A stretch of 64,000 nt of DNA from Salpingoeca rosetta (lineage: Eukaryota > Protista > Choanoflagellata). A program made the translations under genes and the position numbers. The notes beneath the pieces are model-generated. The model searched no databases. It was not told the DNA's origin and saw only the letters and a program-made list of their open reading frames with translations. Below, piece after piece: positions 25,720-44,447 of this stretch (the first letter of the stretch is position 1; each line of letters opens with the position of its first letter). The stretch covers positions 36,635-100,634 of the forward strand of contig JAWQFM010000025.1 of assembly GCA_033442325.1 (NCBI GenBank). Reading direction: 5' to 3'.

Positions 25720-26512
25720 CACACACACCCGCACACACGCACGCACACACGCACGCACACACACACACAATCCCCCCACACACGATGCCCCCCCCCCCTC
25801 AACACACACTCTCCCCCTTTTCCCCACAGGAGACGGAGGAAGCGCTGCAGGACCTGAAGGAGCGGCTGGCGCACGAGGAGCGCTCGCTGCAGTCCGAACG
25901 GACGGCCGTGGAGACGCAACTCGACGAGCTGGAGACGCACATCGCCAACGAGCTGGAGGAGGCGAGGGCGCTCAAGGACAAGTGCCGGTTCTTCTCGTCC
26001 GCGTCCGGGGATGAGCAGGAACAGGAACTCACAGACTTTGACCAGAAGTAAGCAGTGGCGGCCGCGTGTGCGCATGTGTACATGTGTACATGTGTGTGTG
26101 TGCATGTGTACATGTGTGTGCGTGCTATTTTGCACGCAACACTCCCTTACACCCACTTTCCCTTCCACCCTCCTCACCTCCACCACACACCTTCTCTCAA
26201 ACACACACCCCTCGCCCTCCTCCCCTCCCATCCTTTCACAGGGTCGGGGACGTGTACCACGCGTGCATCGGGGAGAACGAGGCCGGCATCAGCACGCTGC
26301 AGATGCTGACCAACATCGAGAACAAGCTGGAGGAGCTCTTTGAGAAGATGCAACGCATGCCCCCAGACCAGCTCGCAGCAGCAGAGAAGGTGCGAAGGAG
26401 CATGTGTGTATGTCTGTGCGTGTGTGTGCGTGAATGTATTTGTGTGTGTGTGCATGCATTTGTGTGTGTGTGTGTGCGTTGCAGTGATTGCGCACAGTTA
26501 TTCAACCATTCG

Positions 26513-26599
<87 letters not shown>

Positions 26600-26832
26600 A
26601 GGCCAAGGACAAGGCACGGCGGCACCGGCTGCGCGAGGAGAAGTTGCAGGCGCAGAAGAAGCACCAGGAGGAGCGGTTACGGCGGGCGCAGCAGCGGGCC
26701 AACGACGCGCCGAAGAAGAGGACGGGGAAGAAGCTTATGTTCCGCTCTGCGCCGCCGGAGAAGCCAAAGAAGCAGGTCAAGCGACACGTGCAGACGGTTG
26801 AAGAGGAGGAGAAGCAAATCTACTTCTCATGA
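22480..26832 (+). CDS. CFAP100: Cilia- and flagella-associated coiled-coil protein, CFAP100/CCDC37-CCDC38 family (DUF4200); interrupted by an N-gap
   Basis: Exons [72 protein letters not shown]...[15 protein letters not shown]...EEKQIYFS*. Confidence 0.85.
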
Positions 26833-27217
26833 CGGAATGGCGGAGGAAGACTGTGAGCGAGAGAGAGAGACAGTGTGTGTGTGTGTGTGTGTGTGTGTGT
26901 TCATGTGAGTGTGTGTGTTTATGTGAGTGAGAGTGTGTGTTTGTGTGCACGTGTTTGTACATGGTGTATGTGTTTGTTTTGACTTTGTTGTTGCAGCAGC
27001 ACGTCCCATCTTATCCCACCATCACCATCATGTACCATCCCCAACATCCTCAAATAAAAAAAATGTTGACTGCTATTCACCATGTCATCCACTATTTTTC
27101 GTCAATTCTGTGGCTGAGAAAGACAAAGGCGCAGCAGTCAAAGACGACGCTTCATCCCATCGCAAACACCACTCCCCTCCCTTCCCACTCTTCCCTCTCT
27201 CCGACAGACAACCAGCC

Positions 27218-28790
27218 ATGGCGTTCATGCAGAAGTTCAACAACCTCAAGAACAAGGCGTGAGTAGACGAAGGCGTCGTGTTGTTGTCCTCTGTGTGTGT
27301 GCATTGTTGCTTTGCTGGACACGAGCAGAGACAAAACACAATTAGCAACAGAAGCATGCACGCACTGAACCAACAGCTCTTAACATGCGTTCGTTTGTCT
27401 GTTTGTGTTGCGTTGCATGGTTGTGGTGTTCATGTCATTGGCAGGGTTGACCTCGCCATGAACTACAGCGAGATTGAGGTCAAGGTTCGCCAGGCCACAG
27501 ATGGCAACGAGCCATGGGGCCCCCACGGCACCCTCATGTCGGAACTCTCCCAGGTGTGTGTGTGCATTGTGGTGTGTGTGCGTGCGTGTGTATTGGTGTG
27601 TGTGTGTGTACGTGTGTTGCTGTCGCTGCGTTCACTGTGCGCATGCGTTGTTTCGTTTACTGCGCATGCGTTGTTGGCTCACTGTGCGCATACGTTGTTT
27701 CGTTCACCGCGCGCGTCCCCTTCTCACCACTGCATCCCCCCCCCCACACGTAACAGGCTACGTACAGCTACGAGGACTACCCTGAGGTGATGGGCATGCT
27801 GTGGCGCCGCATCCTCAAGGACCGCGAGGGCAAGAACTGGCGTCAAATCTACAAGGTGCGTGTGTGTGTGTGTGCGTGTGCGTGTGTGCGTGTGTGCGTG
27901 TGTGTTTGCATTCGCGTTTGCGTGTGCATTCGCGTTTACATTTGCATTCGCGTTTGCGTTTTTTCTCGCACACCGTCACTCGCCTTCCCCCCCCCCCTCA
28001 TCGCTTCCCTCACCAACAAAACCCCCCCCCCCACACCCACCAACCACTGCAGGGCCTGCTGCTGCTGCACTACCTGATCCGCAACGGCACGACGCGTGTT
28101 GTGGACAGCGCGCGCGACCACGTGTATGACCTGCGGCAGCTGGAGCGGTTCAAGTACATTGACGAGAAGGGCAAGGACCAGGGCATCAACGTCGCCCACA
28201 AGGCCAAGGAGATTTGCGACCTGCTCGCGGACGACGAGATGCTGCACGCGGAGCGGAAGAAGGCGCGCAAGACCCGCGACAAGTTCAAGGGCATCGGCTC
28301 GTCCTCCGTATCCTACCACCCAGGGGTGAGGCAAAGCAGTGCCGGAGCGAGGGGAGGCGATGGTGGCGAGGGGTGAAGCAAGATGCGGCTGAGGCAGCAC
28401 GGGCTTGTCTGCAATGGAGTGATGTGTCCATAACTACTCGCATACATGCGCGTGTGCGTTGTGTCAACTCGTGTTGACACTCTTTCTGGTTGACGCCCTG
28501 TGCGGTGCCTGCGTGCACCATCTTACCCCCCACCACGCCTGCACCTGCAACCCCCTCCACCACCACCACCACCTGCAGGGCATGTCTGGTGGGCGGCGGT
28601 TTGACGACATGGCGCCGACGCGCAGATACGACGACATGGGCGGCAGCCGCAGGTGGGGGTGCCGGCACTGGCATATGGCGTCACGGCGTGGTGTAACGAT
28701 TCCTGAATGCGTTCGAGTGTCTGCTTCATGGGGTTCTTCAACACGAACCCCTTTCCCAATACACACACACTCACTCACACACACACACAC

Positions 28791-28858
<68 letters not shown>

Positions 28859-29618
28859 GGTCGCGGTTCCGGGACATTGACAGCGACGAAGAGGCGGACG
28901 ATGCGCGCGTCGACCAGTCGTCGTCGTCGTCGTCACGCGGCGATCAGTACAGCGCACGCGTGGCCAAGCACAGGGAGGAAAACAAGCTCAACACGAAAAA
29001 GGGCGGCGACGGCGATGACGACGACTTTGCCGCGCTCAGGGGGTGCGTGTGTGTGTGTGTGTATCGTGTGTATGTCTTGTATGCGTGCGTGTGTCTTGTT
29101 TGTGTATTTGTGTATTTGTGTGTTTGCATCTCCATGTGTATGTGTTTGCATCTCTGCGTGTGTTGCTGTGTTTCCGTCTGTGCACGTGCATGTGTATGTA
29201 TGTGCTCAGTATCACGACGCAATCGTTCCCGCAATCCCCTCTCCCCACACGTAACCCCTCCCTCACACCTCCCTTCCCCTCTCTGTCTCTCTCAACCATT
29301 ACACAGCGCCAAGAAGGAGGAGCCGAAGCAAGCAGGTAATCGCACGCTGTCATGACTCGTACCCCCTGACACCCGCACCACACACTACCACACACCACAC
29401 ATCACCACCCTATCACCTCGTCCTCACGTCATAGCCTCCCCCCCCTCTCTTCCCCGTCCAATCCCCACGTCCCATCAGGCGGGCTAGTTGACCTTCTGGG
29501 CGATGACACCACGACAACGACGAACAGCAACAGCAACCCAGACGACTTTGGTGCAGACTTCAACCCGCGTGGCGCAACAGCAGCAGCCACAACCACAAAG
29601 GCAGACGGTAAGCGCTGT

Positions 29619-29661
<43 letters not shown>

Positions 29662-30314
29662 TGACGATGATGATGCTGAAGATGCTGCTGCTATTGGAGG
29701 TGGTCGCGTCGTGTGCTCTAGCACAACACTCCTTCGTCATGCTCATCACACCTCTCACCTCACCTCACCTCACCTCACCTCACCTCCCCTCACCTCACCT
29801 TGTCTCCCTCACCTCACCTCACCTCACCTCACCTCACCTCACCTCACCTCACCTCACCTCACCTCACCTCACCTCACCTCACCTCACCTCACCTCACCTC
29901 ACCTTGTCTCCCTCTCCCCATAACACCCTGCAGACTTTGGTGCCTTCAGCTCCCCCTCCACTGCCGGCAACACGGACTTTGCCAACTTTGCATCCGCGTA
30001 CGTGTCACTGTTGTCCTCGTCCCTCGTGCAATTCTCCTCCTCATGTGCCCTCACCCACACACCCCGGTTTCCACACATCCCCCCCCCCCTCTTCCTCATC
30101 CACACTTTAGGCCCACCGCCTCAGACGACTTTGGCGCATTCACAGCCCCGGCACCAGCAGCTCCTCAGCCCACCACCTCCAATGCACAGCAGCAGCAGTC
30201 GAGTGGTGGCGGTGATTTGCTCGGTGATCTGTTTGGCGCCTCCTCGTCGTCATCATCGTCCACCATGGCTCCAACACAGCAGCACCAGGTGCAATGCATC
30301 TGTTCGTGTGCGTG

Positions 30315-30398
<84 letters not shown>

Positions 30399-30781
30399 CA
30401 ACGTGCACGCATCGTGTGTGTGCGCACGTGCGTTGTTTTGTTTTGGTTTGTTTTTTCCCCTGGTGCTCATTGGACCACTCGACCCCCTCACGCATCCACC
30501 CATCCACCCTTCTACCAGACGGCTTCTCTGATGGACATGGGGTCGATGATGACACCAACCACCGCCACCGCCACCACCACCACTGCACCATCAACAACTG
30601 CTACAACGACCGCGACTACCACCAGCAGCAAGTCCGCTGCATCCAAGCCGAACTTTGGTCGCCTGAAGATTGACCTCGACAACCTCTCCCTCGCTTCCAA
30701 GGAGGAGGTGTGTGTGTGTGTGTGTGTATGTGTGTGTGTGTGTGTGTGTACGTGTGTGTGTGTGTGGATGCGCTTTTGTGA

Positions 30782-30817
<36 letters not shown>

Positions 30818-31508
30818 ATGCGCTTTTGTGAATGTGCGTGCGCGCGCCTGCGTGCCCCTGTGCCTCTGTGCACCGTTGTCCGCACGCGTACCTTCATTCA
30901 TTCACCCCCAATGCCTCATCACGCCTCCCCTCCTCCCCCACTACAGCCCAAGAAGCCCGTCACGCCTCCCCTCCTCCCCCACTACAGCCCAAGAAGCCCG
31001 CCACCTCCGGCAGCGTCTTTGGCGAACCATCAAAGCCGCAGCAAGGTCAGCCGACAACACCTGCAACTTGCAACCACTTCGCTCGCACCATGCAGAGACA
31101 CACACTCTACAACACAACACCACTACACACCACTACACAACACAACACAACAAACACGACACTACACCACTACACACCACTACACAACACTCCACTACAC
31201 AACACTCCACATCTCATCAACCCCCGGCCCCCTATCCTCCTCCAGGCTCCCAGAGCATGCCACTGCAGCAGCAACCAGGCATGATGATGATGGGCGGCGG
31301 CATGCAAGGAATGGCACCACAACAGCCACCACAGCCGCAACAGCCCATGATGTCTGGCATACTCAACACCGATGCACCCACAGCAGCGGCAACAGCCCAT
31401 GATGGGCATGCCATATGGGCAACAGCCCGCCACAGCAACCCATGATGGGAATGCCCTATGGTCAGCAGCCGTCGCCACAGCACATGGGGCATTGGTATGG
31501 GGCTACCC
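27218..31508 (+). CDS. CLINT1: ENTH-domain epsin-related protein (epsinR/CLINT1-like); 3' end runs into a gap
   Basis: [59 protein letters not shown], then DFGxF/DFANF/DLLG motifs and a Met/Gln-rich tail. Confidence 0.85.
29751..29903. repeat. (CTCAC)n intronic microsatellite
   Basis: Directly visible. Confidence 0.95.
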
Positions 31509-31695
31509 NNNNNNNNNNNNNNNNNNNNNNNNNNNNNNNNNNNNNNNNNNNNNNNNNNNNNNNNNNNNNNNNNNNNNNNNNNNNNNNNNNNNNNNNNNNN
31601 NNNNNNNNATCATGTGTACATTCTACAAACAGTACAGCTAAGATTATACGGCTTGTACCCACCTGCTGTCCGAACTCTCAGTGGCGCCCACAGGT

Positions 31696-31717
31696 ATGCT
31701 CGAACAACAACAACACC

Positions 31718-31764
<47 letters not shown>

Positions 31765-34011
31765 CCCTACCACCACCAACAACAACCCTACCACCACCAA
31801 CAACAACAACCCTACCACCAACAACAACAACCCTACCACCACCAGCAACAACCCTCCCAAGCACATGCGCAACAGCGACCGATGTTTGCGTCGCACGATC
31901 CCGCGGGTGCATCGCGTGCGTCCGTGCTGCATACAAGTTTGATGCTGCAGGATGGAGACATTGTTGCAGCAGCGCGCAACCCAAAGTACAAGCACGCGTT
32001 CAGCCACGACCAGCAGACGTCTGTCGTCAACAGCTCCAAGCGGCCGTCCGTGTTCCACTTTCTCTGGTCAGGCTGGGGTCTGTTCCTGCTCATTCTGGCG
32101 GAGCTGATCATGGTCAACGTGATCATCTGGCCCTGGTGGATCATCGACGAAGGCAAGGACGTGCGGGACCTCTTCTTCAAGGCGCTGCGCGCGCAGGACG
32201 CCTCGTTTTGGATCGGCTTTGCCTTCTGCACCATGGCCTGCACGTGCATGGGGATCATCGTGCTGTTCGCCTTTGCGCGGCGCCGCATCAGCGTGCCCAA
32301 GACGCCGGTGCAGATCCTGTCGGGCCTGCTTGGTGGCCTCCCGCGCGGCGCCATCATGGTCTCCTACACCACCCGCGACCCAGACATGTGCCACCCAGAC
32401 ATCCCACGCAAGGTCGCCCGCACGCTGCCGTGCCGCTGGCTGGACCAGGACTCCCTGCTCCCCGGCATCCCGCTGCGCATCGCGTGCCAGCAGGCGGCGG
32501 AGACGTGCGAGATGGGCATCATGTTCGTGTGCCAGGCGTACCTGCTGAGCCCCGTGTGCCGCGCCGAGTTTCGCGAGCTCATTGGCAACGACATCCACGG
32601 CACTGGCGGCAAGAAGCGCAACATCATCTTCATCCTCCCAGACGTCGTGCCCCTGCTCGACAACGAAGAGTGGCAATGGGGCAATCGTGGCCTTGTTGAT
32701 AACGGTGTTGGTCATGGTGTTGGTCATGGTGTTGGTCATGGTGTTGATGGCGCTATTGATGGTACCATTGATCATGGTGATGGCGGCGACCGGGAGGTGA
32801 AGGAGATCCTGCAGTTTCTGCGTCGCATTCGCAAGTGCACACCGGAGCCCATCCGTGCCGAGCGCACGCACGAGCGCAGCAGTCTTCACTGCCGCCGCAA
32901 CGGGCATGCCATGGCGCACAGCTTCCGCTTCTCCTCCACACAACCGGGCGAATCATCCACAGATGACGCAGAGGAACCTTACAACACGCCTACACACCCT
33001 GCCACCGCAGCAGCTACTGCTGCCGCCACACCATCATCAACAACAACAACAACAACAACAGCAACAACAATAACACCACCACCACCAAGAACAACACAGT
33101 CCACTGGTTCAGCTGCTACATCAGCACACCGCAGCACAGCCGCAACATCACCAACCTCCACCACCGCCACCACCACGACGCAGACGGTGATTGCGCTGAC
33201 GCCGCGCGACCGGGAGCTGATGAAACACGACCCGGCGTGGGCGGTGCTGCAGGCGTTCCAGCAGGCCGGCACGCTCACGTGGCTCGGGCAGCGGCACACC
33301 CCGTACTTCTTTGCAGAGTGGCGAGCAACGGCCTCCATGCTGTTGAGCGAGCCCAACGGCTGGACGGCATGGGGCGTCATGGCGCTCATTGCATGGCTCG
33401 TGCCCATCATCTGCGGTGTTGCAGGCGCATTTTACACGCACACGCAGGCGCGCATCGGCGTGGCCATCGTGTACCTGCTGGTGCTCGTCCCCGTGTGCGC
33501 GCTCCTGCTCATCATGTTCCGCGGGCTGGTGGGCGCCGTGCTGCCACGACCCGCACTCAAGGGCCCCGCGTCACTGCTCGTCGTGCTGTGGAAGCTCGGT
33601 ATCATCAACCGCATCAACGTCGACACGGGCGGCATCCACCGCCGCTTTGTTGACGAGTTGGCACGGATTGGCGTTGTCAACCTCAACTTCAACCCAAAGC
33701 GCGACCACCACCTCCGCTTTGCTGACGCCGCCTCTGTCGTGCGCGGCGAGACGCACCTCCCCGATGATGAGCTGGAGAACGCGTTCCTCATGCTGTGGCG
33801 TGATGCAACCTTCTCGGACTTTGCGCAGCTGCCCAAGAACCTGCAGTCCTCGTGGGTGCACCCGACAGCGGGCACGCTCGCCTACTCCATCATGTGCTCC
33901 ATGATGGTGTTGTTTGCGCTCGATCACCGCGCCCTGCACGGCACCATTGCAGGCGTGAACCTCTCCTCAAAGCCAACCACCAAGTCCCTCGGCGGCAACA
34001 TCGACAAGTGA
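31696..34011 (+). CDS. Multi-pass membrane protein with a TIR-like (TIR_2) domain; single long ORF
   Basis: PolyQ/QQPYHH N-terminus and two hydrophobic helices, then IMVSY...WLDQDSLLPG...GIMFVCQAYLLSPVCRAEF...NIIFIL (~32350-32690), a Thr-rich linker and further hydrophobic helices. Start uncertain because of the gap upstream. Confidence 0.7.
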
Positions 34012-34081
34012 TGTGTTGCGTTGCGCGCGGGTGTGTGTGGGGGAGGGGGTGGCTTGGGAGGGGCTTGGAATGGGGAGAAAC

Positions 34082-34192
34082 GGAGATGGGCAAACGACAA
34101 GAAGGAACGATGGGAAGAAGAGGAGATGGGCAAACGACAAGAAGGAACGATGGGAAGAAGAGGAGATGGGCAAACGACAAGAAGGAACGATG
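34082..34192. repeat. 40-bp purine-rich tandem repeat, ~2.8 copies
   Basis: GGAGATGGGCAAACGACAAGAAGGAACGATGGGAAGAAGA repeated just downstream of the TIR-like gene stop. Confidence 0.9.
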
Positions 34193-34523
34193 TGGAGAAG
34201 CGTGACTGTTTCCGTGTTGACATTGAACATTGTTTTTGATTTTTTGTCTGCTGTGTTCACCTGCTTTGTGTCCGTTGTTATTGCTGCCTTCCGTGCGTTA
34301 CTGCGTTACTTGCTGATCCATCAGCTTGCTTGCTTGCTTGTACACAGCACAGCACAAGAGGACAAGAAGTGACATGAACACGTGATGTGAAGCCATTACA
34401 CACAGCACACACACACACACACACACACGCACACACACAATGAACACCACAACAGCAACAACACGTGTTTTGGCCGCCACACCCACGTATTTTCCACTGA
34501 GCGTGGTGGTCCTTCCTGCAAAG

Positions 34524-35393
34524 ATGAAGCGCTGCTGCTGGCCGTCTGCTGTGCTCCCCACCTACTTGCTGGTGGTGCTGCTCCTCGCCCTTGCAGCATC
34601 GGGGGAAGTGATTCCGCGATGCGGAGACCGCCAGCTGTCGCAGGAAGAGGTTGAGGCGCAAAGTGGTATTGTCGAAGCAAGCGCTGCCAAGCGACAGGCC
34701 CTGATGCAGAGCACAAGCAAGCGCACAGTGCTGCACGCCTTTCAGCAACAACAGCGAGCACGCGCCGTGAACGACTACCTGGACACGTACACGCTACTGA
34801 CGCTGGACATCCCCATCAACTACTACGTGGTGCACCATGAGGACGGCACGGGATATGTGGAGGAGGCGATGCTTGAGGCGCAGACGGCCGTGATGAACGA
34901 CCGCTTTGCCAGCCCCATCGACACGGGCCTGCGGTTCCACACCAACGCCACCGTGTACATCAACGACACGTCGCTTGCCATGCTGTGTGGCCACCGCCGC
35001 CAGTTCATCGCCGCGCGCTACGTCATCTTGGATGGCCGTGATCCCGCCGAGTCCCTTAACGTGCTGGTGTGCCGCAGCCGACGGTTCCTTGGCGTCGCCG
35101 TGTTTCCCTGGGAGGCGCCGGAGGACGATGCCTTACAGTCCATCAACCTGCACCCGGGCTCTCTGCCCGGCGGGTATGTGGCCGACTTTAACGAGGGTGA
35201 TACGCTCGTACACGAGGCCGGGCACTACTTTGGGCTGTTCCACGTGTTTGAGGGCACGACGTGCTCGCGTCGGCGGGGCGATTTCATTCGCGACACCGCC
35301 GCGCAAAAGTACCCGACGTCCGGCTGCCCCTCCCCCGAGGAGAGCGCGGACACTTGCCCGCACCGCCGCGGCCATGACAACGTCAGTGGTTGT

Positions 35394-35440
<47 letters not shown>

Positions 35441-36336
35441 TGTGCATGCGTGTGCGTGTGTCTGTGCATGCGTGTGTGTGTGTGCGTGTGCGTGTGCATG
35501 CGTGTGTGTGTGTGTGCATGCGTGATGCATGTATGTGCGTTGACGGCCATGCAAAGCCCTTTGCATCACTCACATGCATCCTGACGCTGCATTGCATCAC
35601 AGATCCACAACTACATGTACGCTGACAAGGGATCGTGTACACTCGTTGTTTTGTGACGCAATGCTTGCCGCAAGCACTATCTGTCTGGTGCACACTGTTT
35701 GATTCATCGCCCCTTTCATCATGCGTCTGTCTCGCGTTTTCACCTCTGATCACATCACCCCTTCCTCACGTCCACTCTCTCCTTCGCCTTCCTGTCTCCT
35801 CTCCTTGACCCGCTTCTTCTTTGCGCTGCAGGGACTATTCGACAGATGCGTGCATCGATCGCTTTACGCGATGGCAGGTCGTGTACATGCGCTACTACAC
35901 GGAATACTTTCGCCCGCGCCTCTCGAATGCGGCACTAGTCGTTGAGGCCAGCAGTGCCACGTGCACTGACCTCGGGTGGCAGCCCGCTGACGGCGTCGTT
36001 GGCGCCAATGGCCGCGGCGTGTGCGCAGAGTCACGCGTCGGCAGCGGCGATCAGTGCTTGACGGGCGATTGGTTTGATGCCTTCTTCCACTGCCAGAGCA
36101 TCGGCGCGCGCATGTGCACATCGGACGAGCTGATGAGCATGGACAACAAGGGCGACATTGGGCGGTGCCGTGGCCTGCTGCGCAACCGCCTCGTGTGGAC
36201 GACCAACTTCTGCAGCCGCGCCCGCCGCGCTGTTGTTCGTCTTCGTCGGCGGCGACCACCCAAGATGGAGTGCAGGCCCCCCGAACGCCAGGCCGGCACC
36301 ATCCTCTGCTGCGCTGACGACACGGACACCAGATGA
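34524..36336 (+). CDS. Secreted zinc metalloprotease, M43 (pappalysin/ulilysin-like), with Cys-rich C-terminal domain
   Basis: Signal peptide, RCG cysteine-switch-like motif and HEAGHYFGLFH zinc motif. Exons 34524-35381, 35603-35616 and 35832-36336 join to give the Met-turn IHNYMDYS. Confidence 0.9.
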
Positions 36337-36344
36337 CACGAGCA

Positions 36345-36405
<61 letters not shown>

Positions 36406-36511
36406 GTGCGTGTGTGCGAGCATGTGTGTGTGTGTTCGTGCAGCCAGTCGTCGTCAGCAAAAAAAGAAAACAACGCCCACTTTTTGTTTGCACGCGACAA
36501 CCACCACGACG

Positions 36512-37702
36512 ATGATGAAGGTGCAGGTGCTGCTTGTGCTTGCGCTGTGTGTGAGCTGGTGTGCCGGCCATGCTGTGATTGAGGAGGACGCGCTTGGCGC
36601 GCTGCACATCAACACAAGCTCTCCGTCGTCGCAGCCGGTGTATGTGAACGGGGTTGATGTGTCTGGCATGCAGAGCACCATCCGTGATCTCGAGGCAAGA
36701 ACGCAGGCGCTGCAGCAACAGCTGTGCACACTCCACCCACCCGCGGCGGACGTCACAAGCATCACGGTGCCCACGGGGACAGCCAAGTGGGTTGGCGGCG
36801 TGTTGGCGCCCAACGGCCTCATCTACGGCATCCCTTACGCCATATACGTTGTCTTGATCATCAACCCGACGACGAACACGGTCGACACCACGTCCATCAC
36901 GGGCTTGCCCTTCACCGGCTGGTGGGAAGGCGTGCTGGCGCCCAACGGGCTCATCTACGGCATTCCACACCAGGCAAGCGGCGTCCTCATCATCAACCCC
37001 AACGACAACACGGTAGACACAACCACGATCAGCGATGTCGGCCTGGGCGGCGGCGACAAGTGGGCAGGCGGCGTTCTCGCAGACAATGGCCGCATCTACT
37101 GCGCGCCGTACTCGGCTTCTTTCATGCTGATCATCGACACAGCCACCAACACGGCGGACACGACATCCATTCGCAACATCAACGCCATCAGCTACGCCTG
37201 GTACCAGGGCGTTGCAGCGCCAAACGGCCTCCTGTACTTCCTGCAGGTCCGCGCGCAAGGCATCCTCATCGTCGACCCCGCCACCAACACGGTCGACACG
37301 TCCACGCTGGCAAACGTGCAGATCGGGCCGTCCCGCGGCGTGGTGCTCTCTCGGGCCACTGGGCTCATCTACGGTGTGCCAGACACGTCCTCGCGCGTGG
37401 TCGTCCTCGATCCAACCACGAACAGCGTGGACGGCAACGCGGTGCAGGGCCTCCCCACCGACAACAGCTATTGGCTTGGCGGCGCGGTGGCGGCCAGCGG
37501 AAAGCTGGTGTTCATCCCCGCCGCTAGCTCGTCTGTCTTGTTCCTCGACCCGCTCACCAACGCCACAGACATGACCAGCATCAGGGGTCTCGGCACGGGC
37601 AACTACAAGTGGTGGGGTGGCGTCGCGGCGCCCAATGGTCGCATTTACGCCATCCCATATCATGCAAACAACGTGCTCATCATCGACGCAGGCGCCTGCT
37701 GA
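36512..37702 (+). CDS. Secreted protein: signal peptide, short beta-rich segment, coiled coil, seven ~45-aa repeats (predicted 7-bladed beta-propeller); intronless
   Basis: MMKVQVLLVLALCVSWCAG, then 7 x W.GGVLAPNG.IYGIP....VLIIDP.TNTVDTT, ending DAGAC*. Confidence 0.85.
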   Translation: MMKVQVLLVLALCVSWCAGHAVIEEDALGALHINTSSPSSQPVYVNGVDVSGMQSTIRDLEARTQALQQQLCTLHPPAADVTSITVPTGTAKWVGGVLAPNGLIYGIPYAIYVVLIINPTTNTVDTTSITGLPFTGWWEGVLAPNGLIYGIPHQASGVLIINPNDNTVDTTTISDVGLGGGDKWAGGVLADNGRIYCAPYSASFMLIIDTATNTADTTSIRNINAISYAWYQGVAAPNGLLYFLQVRAQGILIVDPATNTVDTSTLANVQIGPSRGVVLSRATGLIYGVPDTSSRVVVLDPTTNSVDGNAVQGLPTDNSYWLGGAVAASGKLVFIPAASSSVLFLDPLTNATDMTSIRGLGTGNYKWWGGVAAPNGRIYAIPYHANNVLIIDAGAC

Positions 37703-37715
37703 AGGGGAGTCAGGT

Positions 37716-37793
<78 letters not shown>

Positions 37794-37957
37794 TGTCTGT
37801 CTTGTTGCTGAGGCTACACGTCAGACTAGTTCATTGTCGTCACTCAAATAGATTGAAAGCCTTATGAAAGCACGCAAGCGTTCGCACACACAGACACCAA
37901 CACACACAGACACACACACACACACCCCCCCCCCCCACACACACACACCCTATCCCA

Positions 37958-43713
<5,756 letters not shown>

Positions 43714-44447
43714 GGTGGCGGTCTGTATCAAAGGTCAACCTTTCACTGTTGCCAAGGTGCGTGGTCCTGGATGTGAACGCTTCTTTCCCTCGCTTCTTCT
43801 TTTCCTTGGTCTTCCTCTCCTGCGTCTACTTCACGGCTACAACTCGTTGCTCCTGTGATGGCGTGCATGTCTTTTCTGTTCTGCACTCAATCAAACCTGC
43901 ATGGTGCCATGATGCATGTGCGCGTGCGTGAAAAAGTGTGTGTGTGTGTGTGTGTGCATGCGTGTGATAGTCAGTGACGTGAGATGAATGGGATAAATGC
44001 GATGAGTGAAAGAAGAGAAGGGGAGCAAACAGTGTAATGCAACAAAACCTCATGCCACTGCACGCTTACAGCCACTGGCATACATGGCCTGTTACGCTCA
44101 CTTACTCCCACCATCAGCACAATCACGCGCACATGCACGATCCACCACCAACTCCATCATCAGCACAGCTTCTGTTCCATAACCGCTCATGCAATTTGCA
44201 ACGCATCAGCTCCTACTTCGCCACCGCAATTTGCAACCAACGCGCAAGAACACAATATTTTTTTTTATTCTGTCGCCCTGCGCTTCTTGTCGTGTTTTGT
44301 TCCGCTCGCATCTCCACGATCAGCAGCGCGCGTTCGTCGTCGTTGATGGCTGATGGTTGTTGATGCTCGCCGTTGCTTGCTTGCTCCCCGCAGTGATCTT
44401 TGCGCTGAGCTGACGCGCTAACCAACCAACCAACCAACCAACTAACC

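Noticed and set aside
24095-26014. 400-560 aa ORFs
   Set aside because: They are open only because they cross the N-gap.
31340-31700. Frameshifts in the epsin tail and possible epsin-TIR fusion
   Set aside because: The region flanks an N-gap with likely poor quality; linkage cannot be determined.
35864-37663. 599-aa antisense ORF (similarly 49272-50834 and 59349-60320)
   Set aside because: These are shadow ORFs opposite GC-rich repetitive coding sequence and have no motifs.
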